The position numbers and the translations under genes are program-made. Under the pieces are notes generated by a model. That model saw nothing but the letters and a program-made list of their open reading frames with translations, had not been told where the DNA came from and searched no databases. Of a stretch of DNA of 64,000 bases, positions 54,201 through 64,000 are shown piece after piece. Each line of letters starts with the position of its first letter. Position 1 is the stretch's first letter. Source of the stretch: Phoronis australis (taxonomy: Eukaryota > Animalia > Phoronida); NCBI GenBank assembly GCA_002633005.1, contig NMRA01000100.1, forward strand, positions 471,428 through 535,427. Direction: 5' to 3'.

Positions 54201-57200
54201 AGAGTTAGTCATTTTTGAATCTACTATGAAAAAAAAATGTTGCAGTAGTGTGGTTACTTTTCAAGTGATACATAAATTCTAGTAGCCATCAATACTTGTG
54301 GAGAATACGTTTGAATGTTGACTATTAAAATCACCTTCGTTGCATTGCTTCGTGCGGTGACATTGTCTAGTCAAAAATTTAATTGTAGTTTGGTCAGGTG
54401 CTTTTTCCTATGAAACTGCTGCTAGTAAACCTACAGTCTTTTACACCACTATGACTGTGTTTGGCAGGATGATATGAGAATGAGATCATGTAAATCTTTG
54501 TGAGATGTCACTTCTTTAACATGAATGGATTTGGTATATTTTGTACCACATAGTGGCCATTTTTATGCGCCCACATATTTATATGTGGTCGCATATTGCG
54601 GTCATCTTTATCTGGGCATCCGGCGTCCGCAGCTGTGTCTGCTAAACCCCTTACATGATCTTGATGAGATTTGGTAGATATGTTCCTGTGAAGCTGACGA
54701 CAGATTTCGACGAATTTCGGACCTCTCCGACTACCGGTGTGCCCCCTAGTGGCAGTTTTAGTTTTTTAGGTTTACCTCTGTATCTTAAAAGGTGGTCAAT
54801 GGATTTTCATGAAATTTGACAGATTAGCATTTATTAGAGAGGTGACGCTATCTTGTAGGTTTTGGTTGAATTCAAGGCATTTTGCACCACCTAGTGGTCA
54901 TTTTTACTGTTTTCGAGTCTGTTTTTTGGCGTCCGTCCTTCTATCAACCAAACTGCTCTAGGGATGATTTTGAAAATTGGCTTATGCATGTATGTTCTTA
55001 CTGTGAAGAGGGCGGCTGTCGATGGTTTTCTGACGATTTCGGCAACTGTGGAACCTCCTAGTGGCTGTTTTGTTTGTCTCTGTGCTCTTGGTTGTATCTC
55101 CTAATCGCTCTACAAAATCTTTATTGAATTTTGCTGACATATTTATATAAAGTTGACAACAGAGGACGATGACTTTCGGACTGATTGGACGACTGGTGTG
55201 CCCCCTAGTGGCAATTTAATTTTTTTAATTTTGCATCTGTACCTTCAAAGATCCTCAACGGATTGTCATAAAGTTTTGCAGATAGGCATCTGTTAGTGAC
55301 CTGACGCTGACCTCTGGTTTTCGGTTTGATTTGTGATATTTTGCGCCACTTAGTGGCCATTTTACAGTCTTGTTATTTGGCGTCTACCCCTCTGTCAACC
55401 AAATTAGGAATGTATGTTTCTAATGTGAAGAGGAAATCTGACAAGGATTTTGTGACAACTTCATCTACAGTGGCGCCTCATAGTGGCAGTTGTTTTTTTG
55501 CACCTATAGGCTCCTACTGGCAATTTCATTTTTTCGTTTTTCGTTTTCCTCTGTTTCTCAGAAGTTCCTTGACAGGTTTTTATGAAATTTGGTATAATCT
55601 CATGGGCTTAAAGGAGAATGCCACCCGATTTTAGTCTTTTTTGGCGTCTTAATCGGTCTATATCCACATTGCCTCGCATACAGTCGACCTTACCTTGCCA
55701 AGAGGTGTCGCGTTAACCTGTGAGGAAGTTGAGAAACGATGCTAGCGATGTCGGTGGTTCATATGCAGAGTGAATGCCGCTATGTTGCGGTGCATCGTTC
55801 CCGCTTGTCCAAACTAAGCAGCTGCGAGGAAAGCGGGTATATCGTTTTTTTTTACTTCCTCGAGAGTCCGAAATGCTGAAGAAGTGGCTCATGGTAGTGA
55901 AGAATGAAATGTACGCTGTAAATAGCAAGTATGAGGCCGTGAAACATCTCTGTGTCTGTGGCATGCAGACGTCAACAGTGCCTCAGTGACGAATGCCGGC
56001 TTACCAAATAACTCCATGTTCCGTTGTCTGAGCTTGTTCACGTTGCCTCTCTAGTATTTCTTCATCACTGTATTCCTGTTCGAATTGATAGCCTGTAAAA
56101 CTTAACGATCCACCTGCGAAGTCGGGACTGATGAGCTCTAGCTCGTCCTAAGTTGGGATTGCGAGTTGCCATTTTGGCATTTAGTACTGAGCATTCTGTT
56201 TCAAAATGCCTTCTCACCCTAACCAACTGAAAGAAAGTCTGTCTCATTAGATGCAATTTGTAATGCCTTTGGAGTGTTTGTTAGTGCAAATGATTTGAGA
56301 AGCCAGCAATGAATAAATCACTGCGTTACCGGCTTTAGGTGCAATAAAACTAATTGACGGGACACCGAGGCCTTGAGAGCTCATGCTAATTTAGTGTTTG
56401 CTGGCAGAAACTGTTGTGAAACAACTCGATTTCCATCCCACGGCTAGGTGTTAGGGGAATCTTTATTTACGTTTACATTACTCAAATAATGATTGTCAAT
56501 GTACAACTTCTGCCCAGATGGTGCTGTGGCCAAAGCGGAACCCGGCGAGCGAATTTGCGGCCCCCGACGAGTGAAGTAGATTTGCAGTTTCGTGGCTAAT
56601 TCACCAACATATTCACGTGCACATTACTTTGGCTCACTAGTATAGTATTTTCTTGACTCGAAGTGTAGTTTCCACTGAACTTTGGCTGGTTTATGTTAGT
56701 AATGTCTGATCAGTTTCCGAGCCACTGGCTGGGATAACAAGGAAGTCAATCCGGCCGGCGGCGACGGGCTTGATCGGGCTCCGAGCCACTAGCCTGGATA
56801 ACAAGCGTTTTGTGTTCAGAACTCAAAAATCATTAGTCTAAACAACACCGTGACAGATCTAGATTCTCCTGTCTGTATCTCATGGAAAATACTTCGAAAT
56901 TATCTCCGAACAGACCCCAAACTCCTGTTACGGACCGTATTGGCCTGCCGAACTTTGTAGGCTACGGTGTGTCCAAATACCAATAAATCCGTAAGAGCGA
57001 AATAAAACAACACGTTTTTATAAGAACTCGGTGTATTTTTAAGGGGTTTACATCGAAGTTTTATGATTTATTGGTGTTAAACGATGACTTCAAGCGATAA
57101 GCTGACACCAGTAACCCGTGTTGTGAACTGCTGAACAGACTGCGTGCGAAACCGATGACGTGATTGGATAATTTCAACACCTCCGTCTGCCGTAAGGTGT

Positions 57201-59412
57201 CAGGTAACGCAACCGTACGTGTCGTTATGGAGTAGAACTACTCGGTCTAAATTGATACAAATTAGGTTGTTTTTTGGGTGGCATGCTCCTTTAAAGGCAC
57301 GGCAATACAGTAGTTTGCCATGCTTGCTTTTGTATCTTTGGAACTCTTGGGTGGATATTCATGAAATTTAACGTATAGGTTTTGTAGGATGGTTTGGCTT
57401 ACTCTGCGCCACCTAGTGGCCATTTTGTCATACTAATAAACTCCTCTTCCAGCATACTGTTTGTCCCAGGATCATTTTTGCTTTACATTGCTCATGTTTC
57501 TTCTTGAAAGAAATGTTATTTGGCTTTTAAGTTCTCTGCTATGGGTCATCCAGCAGTTTATCTCAAGGCAGTGATTTTATATTCAACTAGAAAATAAAGG
57601 TCTGTTGTTGCTTATGATTCGAAAGTGTGTTGTACAACATGTAAGTTTGGGTAACATAAAGCCACCTAATAGGCCTTTTATAAGGTGGATTTTTGTCCAT
57701 ATTCCCTTGGTGTCATGGTGCTAACCTGGTGCTGCAATGCGGGACTATGTTTGAGATTTCTTACACTGTTTTCCAAATGCAGGGTCATAGGATTTGTGCG
57801 AGGTTATGCGGCAAAATGACCCTTTCGTTGCATTTTTCTGTGTAGTTTGGAAAGCCAAATGTGGTCTAGTGGGCTGGCTTTGTTTAATAACGATTTTATC
57901 AGTGAATTATACTTGTGTGAACTCGTGTTTCTGCATTTCTGGTAAGTATATGCTGTGACATGTGCATTGTGTACTTTGCTCTGGATTTAAATATGATCAT
58001 TGGGGTTTACTACGTATTTTCCCCTTTCTAGGTGATGAGGAAGGATCATGGTACCTTGACCTCAAAAACGGTCAGGGGTCAGTGGGCCAGGGTTCACCAT
58101 CGGAGCAGGCCAACTGCACATTCACCATGGATAGCAGTAACTTTGTGAAAATGTTCCGTGGCGAGCTCAAGACAACCACAGCCTTCATGCTGGGCAAGAT
58201 GAAGATTAAGGGTGACATGGCGCTAGCAATGAAACTTGAAAAATTGATGGGGAAAATGAAAACAGAGCCAGCAGCTAAGGCGGGGTCAGACAGCACCAAT
58301 CAGCAGACAACAGCACCACCATCGGGGCAAGTTGGCGGAGTCTTCCAGCAGATCAAAGCCTTGTTGAGCGAAGACTTAGTTAAGTCTGTTAATGGAATCT
58401 ACGCATTTGAACTGAGTGGTAAGATGGAGTGATTGTGCGTTGTACAATTTAGACCTGTTGGCATGATTGGTCATTTGAGTTTGTTACTACAGAAGAGTGT
58501 TTTCCACAAATCAGCAAACCTGTCTGTCTTTTTTCTCCTTTGGCATTTTATAAAATGCTTGACATCAAGTTATAATAAAGAGACAAACATCTTCTTGCAG
58601 TAAATCATTGAAATTTCAAAGTAAACTTTTTGGGGTAATTTTTTATGATTTCAGTTTCCATCGCAATTTTTCTTGTAACTCTAATGAAACTACACAACTT
58701 TGAAAATTCTTGTCAGCTGTTGAAAATGTGTTACATAATGCATCTGTTCTCAGACTGTTAAGTGTGGCAATACACAGTGTCAAAAGCCACTTCTTATTTG
58801 ATTGCATTATTCTAGTACTGTCTATTCAATGTCTATTACTGAACCAAACTTACAAACTCGGAATGTGCTTGGTGTTTATGATTTTAGCTACAATCTTTTC
58901 TACCGTAGCACTTACTACAGCTTGTTACACCTGCAAGGCTACACAATGCTGACCTTCAGTACACTCACTCAAAATTTCTTAATTCACCAATTTAATTCAG
59001 TTTTCAACTTAAAGCTATAAGTTGCACAATACAAACATATGCGTATCATTTCTTTATCAAAGGAAGCATCCTGTACCTATACTTTCAGTTATCTATGCCC
59101 AGTCTCAACCATAAGTACAGTCCTACGTCCGTAGACTAAGTAACAAATTTTGTTTTTCATTGATTACTAGGTAATGAGGCTGGCAACTGGTTCCTTGACC
59201 TCAAGAATGATACTGGCGCTGCTGGCCAGGGGGCACCACTGGACAAGGCCAACTGCACATTCACAATGGATAGTGACAACTTTGTTAAAATGTTCAATGG
59301 TGAGCTCAAGCCTACGACTGCATTCATGTTGGGAAAGATGAAGATCAAAGGTGATATGGCGCTGGCAATGAAACTGGAGAAACTAATGGGACAGATGAAG
59401 TCAAAGTTATGA
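48222..59412 (+). CDS. HSDL2: Hydroxysteroid dehydrogenase-like protein 2 (SDR + 2x SCP2, PTS1), 538 aa; exons 48222-48238, 48511-48674, 49197-49410, 50209-50312, 50778-50879, 52185-52385, 53601-53786, 58032-58418, 59171-59412
   Basis: MVKNTGKLAGRTLFITGASRGIGKAIALKAARDGANIVIAAKT; NNAS; NISPPLNLNPKWF; catalytic YTMAK; PDFFLD; two SCP2 units ending KIKGDMALAMKLEKLM; C-terminal SKL-stop. Exons total 1617 nt, frame open, all GT-AG. Confidence 0.96.
50585..50815 (+). repeat. ~60-bp tandem duplication x4 spanning the HSDL2 exon-5 acceptor and YxxxK codons
   Basis: Units begin at 50599, 50659, 50718 and (true exon) 50778. Confidence 0.85.
52657..53442. mobile_element. PIF/Harbinger-type MITE in HSDL2 intron 6
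   Basis: TTA|GGACTGTTCCAGTAAAATCCGTGTGGGAGGGG ... CCCCTCCCATACAGATTTTGCTGGAACAACCC|TTA: ~30-bp TIR, 3-bp TTA TSD. Confidence 0.85.
54560..57430 (+). mobile_element. Helentron/HINE (DINE-1-like) non-autonomous element with ~145-165-bp core repeats, interrupted by a Kolobok
   Basis: T-run followed by hairpin TATGCGCCCACAT...ATGTGGTCGCATA and a degenerate GTCC tract, then tandem cores each with ATGAAATTTG-like and CCnCnTAGTGG motifs; 3' end not securely located. Confidence 0.6.
55612..57290 (+). mobile_element. Kolobok-type DNA transposon (1.68 kb) with degenerate THAP ORF
   Basis: TTAA|AGGAGAATGCCACCC ... GGGTGGCATGCTCCT|TTAA; ORF 55774-55989 MPLCCGA...RFFLLP...LKKWL...HLCVCG is THAP-like. 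Confidence 0.88.
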
Positions 59413-62400
59413 GATGGTCTGCAATATATGTCTGAGGATGGTTGAGGATGTCTATTAAGGATTATACGCAACATCAATAAGCCCCCAAATGTCTGCTCTC
59501 TTGGAAAGTTCCCAAATGTAATTAACAACTTGGCTGCATCTGTACACCTGCTGCATGCATCAAGTTATTCCATATTAATATTTTGGATGCGAATTAAGAC
59601 AGCAAACATTTTTTACAGAAATTTTAAAAATCTTTGAGACTTACTGGACCATATCCTTCTGTGATTATTTCTGGAAAGTATTTTACCTGTAGTTGTCAAA
59701 GATTTCTATTGCTTATTTTGAGATAAATTTATTTGTCTTGTTCTCAATCATTTTGATTCCTCACCAGTTGCTGTGCTGATGTGGACATAAAGTGTTTTAA
59801 TTAAAAATCATTTAGATTCATTGAGTGTCCATGTGTTTGTTGATCACTTTGAAAATAACTAGTGCCAGTAAAAGCGGGTTGCTCTTAGCCATTTGATTGT
59901 GTGTGTGTGTGAAGTAAACTGATCATACATGTATGTAAATTAAATTAAAAGTAATTTGCTTTCACTACTAGTTGTCAACACAAGAAATTTGCAATACACA
60001 ATTTATTATAATCATTTATTTCTTCTAATCAGACTTGTCAGGAAAAATGTAATTTCACACTTTGTTTATAGAAAATGGGTGTTGTTCATCGCTTTTTACT
60101 ACGAAAATTTGTGTATTTCTATACCCCATACCCCTAATACATTTTGAAAACCCCTTGATGGATGTTGGTGAAATTTATGTCATGGATGGGACAGTGTTTA
60201 ACAACTTTTCAGACATGTAAAAACCAGTGTGTCTCCTATTGCCTATTGTTCTTATTTGCCTCTGTGTTCACAGTTCCTTGGTATTTAAGGACCTGTGTTA
60301 GTATGTTAGTGCAATTTGTTATTCGAGATTAGCGTTAGCGTCAACACGAATGCACCAGCAACATCTAGTGCAAGCGTATTGATAGATGGGCAGATCTATC
60401 CATTGAAGTAAATGAGCGTCATCACCATCCACGCAATAGTTACGGAAACGAACCCAGAGTACAGCTAAAATACAGCCAACACTTAAAATTTATTAAAATG
60501 ATCTGGACACCACATAGTTGCAACAGGCTGAGAATTGTAAATGCAAGTTTCAGCCAGACCAGAACTGTAGTACCAGAAAGGAGGTTGCTGTGGCGGTTGC
60601 TCGCAAAGAACGAAACACAAATTCGGAGGCAATTTCCGGGATTTTTTTATCTTTCCTAGTATGGTTTTGTTGTGTTTGTGGCCCGGTGATATCTTTGGTT
60701 CACCACCAATGGTGAAAAAACGTCTACAGTTCTCTAAGTTTGAAAGTTTATATCTCAGAAATCTGTTCATATTGCATAGAATCCGTGACGCAATGCTGCG
60801 CTCCCATCTGTTGTGGCATCTGCAGAGGAATTCAGTTAACATTAGTAATTCATGGCAAGTCTACCAATTACGCCTATACAGTTATGGCTACGGAGATCCC
60901 TGGACCCAACCTGTAGAGAGTATTGAAGGTTAGGCTGTGACAATTTGATTGTTTAGTAGGGTGTCATTTTGACGTCTTGCACCCAACAAAATGAAAATGT
61001 GAAATTTATAAATGAATGATAACAAAATTAGACCAGATTAGCGTAGCTTTGTAAATTACTAAGCTCCTAGAAAATTACTACCGGGCTACGGACATGATTA
61101 ATCTTTATCGCAGGTTAAACTCCCAGAGCCACGAACACTTCCTAGCGGCACACTGCGATTAATCCAAAACCATAATTTTCATAAAAGTTTCAAGTGGATA
61201 TTAACCCCCGTTGCCGTGGTTGCCCGAATGGGTTTAAATCCAAGACATACTAGATTTTTTAACATGTGCATTTCTATTCATATTTGCAGGTCCGTATTCG
61301 CGTCATAATAAATTGCCGGAGATTTCATTCGTATAGTATAGACCCAACGACCTGTACCCGACCCAAAGTAATAGGATTCAAAATTGCCCGGGATTCCAGT
61401 GTTAGCCCGTACGTGCAGGAACTTGGAATCCTGAGTGAACTTGGAATCAACTTCTATCTTGAGTTTAGGTGAGCGACTCGGGCGTTGAGAGTGTAAACTA
61501 AGAAAATCATCACCGTGCGTCGAATGGCACTGATTGGCATGAACACTATAGAGTTTGTTTGTCGTGTACAACTGTTTGTGTTCAGTTTTACGAGTTCAGA
61601 CAGGTTTTATCACATTTGGTTAGTCAAAGTGCGCAACAGCTTAAAAATACTAACTCCGTTGTTAGAAGTATACAAAGCCCTGTTTTGATGATTCCCTCTA
61701 ATTTTCGTTCTGCTAATGCATCGTTGACGTCACTCTTCAAAGTTAAAGGCAGAAATCAATTAGAAACTCATACTCCCTGTGTCACAGGGTGGTCTTCTCC
61801 CACAGTTGTGTAATTCGCTAAAAACGTCGCGCTTGGCCGTTTAGCATGACAAAAGAGTTTTCAAATTTTATTTTCGAACTTTTGAGGGTTGTGGAGGGTT
61901 ACAGAGCATTATTTCGTTTCTGAGAACTGGATGGGAAGTAGTTTTTAATTTTCTATTAATACGCCCAAACCGGGTTTGGTATACTTTAAACGTGTCATTC
62001 AGTGACTATTAATTTTTTATTGGTATGTTGCGGGTCTAAATATTGAAGACTAGTTACAGAACACAACTCTCCAAGATTCTGTTGAAAGATTTGAAATGAT
62101 ATCGTAGAGATGATTACATCTTTTTCGACCTACAATATTTTTCGATATTTTTGCGTGCTCTCCGTTAAAGACTCGCATAACAATACACCATTGTAGTGTA
62201 AAGATTTTATGATACACATCACAGGTTCAGTGAAATAATACTGTCCAGTGCACTTGTTTTTGCAAAACCTATTTTACAAACCCATGCTCGGCATTCCTTA
62301 TTAAAAACCAACCATGTTCTTTTGACTGAAGTTACATACGAATATGTGTTTTGTAGGTTGCCATCAAGTCTCAACAACAAAGAAATTGCCTTTACGATGT

Positions 62401-64000
62401 TTTGTACTCTGCCGATGAATGCATGCTTCACAATTATTTGTAAAAAAAAAACAATCAGAACCGTTCACAGTAGTTTCAGAGAGAATGCTTTCTTCCCAAT
62501 ATATTTTTTTAAGGCGAACTATAATAATTCCACCTTTAATTAGCTTAAACTTGGATTCAATGGGTGTAAAACAATTCAATTCGAATTCATTCAGAGGAGT
62601 TTTTAAAGCAACTAAAATGCATTTACACTGTACTAATCAGGACGTCCAGCGACACATATGACCATTTTTTGCAGGGTATGGGATTCCGATTGAGAGCTTG
62701 TACTAAGCATATGAAGTGTTGCAATGAAATTTAAATTTTTCATTATTACATTTATGTACAAATATCGAAAATACGCCCACAGGAGTGCTTTTGGATTTTT
62801 ACGGTAATATGCCCATGGATGTTCTTTTGGGTGGGCCTATTTTCGAAAATTCACGGTATGTCTATGCATGAAAATTAAAGTGTTTACTGCTATAACCATA
62901 GACATACGGTAAATGTCTCCCTGTCGATCGGCTTTGTACAGTAAAGACAAAAAGATTTCATTCTAACAGTGGTCACCAGGCGTCTCTGCCTCAGCAGCCG
63001 TCTGCTGTCACTTGCAGACGACTCTCAAGCGGAAGGCTATCTGTAAGCCTGTGGCACGTCGTCACGATCTTCTCTTCACATCTCAGTGACAACGACAGGT
63101 AAATGTTTTATATTTAGGCAGGGGTCGGATGTGACGGTTCCGGATTAGGGAACCAGTTTCTTCTGCTGAATAATGGTCGTTATGCAGTGGAAGTTACTGA
63201 TTCTCTTTAAGTTTCACTACACTACAGCTTGAGATCGGGTTTACGAGTTCGTACGCCATCGTTTTACTTTTTTCGTTCTCAAAATCATGAATCGCTTTAT
63301 TCGACGAGTGCTTAATGTTCTGGGTTATTTACTGCAGTCATCAGCCAAGAACTGAATTTTTGCATTGTGTTTAACCGTTTAGCACTGTTTAGGCATACCA
63401 AGGGCAAGGCTGAATCCTTGTTTGAGACTAGCGGCTAAATCGCACAATTGCCTCTTCACGGAGGCTCTTGAACAAAAAATTTGGATGCTTTAGTCTCGCA
63501 CCAGCGGTCCGTGTTCGATACGCTGGCATGTGGATTTTTCTACACTGATGGACCAACAACCATGGCAGAAACCACGAGCCGTAGGGGCACTCACAAAAAC
63601 TCAAAAGATAAAGATGGAAAGGCCGGGAGTTACCCCCCTCAACTCCACCCTCCCACTACTCTGCACGAGACTAGTGTTGTGAAAGTGTGGATCCGTGTAC
63701 GATGTAACGTCGTGTGGAGCCTCTCTAAATCACTTGCCATTAGCTGAATGGTTTGGATGCTCAACTCGTGCCCACGGCAACGATCCAAATATTCCATCTA
63801 CCCAGCGTCTGCAGCATATGGATTTTCTACATTGGCCGCCCAACAGTAGTAGTACCCACGAGGCGTAAATTTTGACAGGGCATTAAATTTCAGAAGTCAA
63901 ACTTATCAAGTATCACCAGTTTTAGCCCACAATAGTTTAAGTTATTTTAACCAGTATTCTACTGTCCTAAAGTCAACACTAATGCCGCGGTAATTGCTCC

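Noticed and set aside
59157-59528. Antisense ORFs over HSDL2 and Ig exons (also 58072-58299, 42041-42508)
   Set aside because: Shadow ORFs of real coding exons on the opposite strand.
61210-61240. tRNA A-box-like sequence
   Set aside because: No B box or cloverleaf follows.

Overview
Eukaryotic (bilaterian invertebrate, probably marine) draft-genome window, AT-rich, with two N gaps (12862-13479, 18725-19218). Four spliced genes were reconstructed by hand from GT-AG sites and exon phase. (1) A minus-strand type-I membrane Ig protein (V-C2-C2-stalk-TM, about 424 aa) whose N-terminal V domain lacks the canonical disulfide. (2) The last three exons of a threonine synthase-like 2 (THNSL2) gene, with no recognisable 5' half. 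(3) A complete minus-strand Sidestep/nephrin-like 5xIg-FN3-TM protein (705 aa). (4) A complete plus-strand HSDL2 (538 aa, C-terminal SKL) with two SCP2 domains, the extra one carried on a frame-symmetric cassette-like exon. The rest is dense in transposon material: a nest of foldback > L1/Tx1 > Kolobok, a second Kolobok inside a Helentron-like element with CTCF-like motifs, 5-bp-TSD hAT-like MITEs, Harbinger MITEs, Academ-like and Penelope remnants. A 44-bp satellite is built from perfect heat-shock elements. All family assignments come from recalled motifs; no database searches were run.
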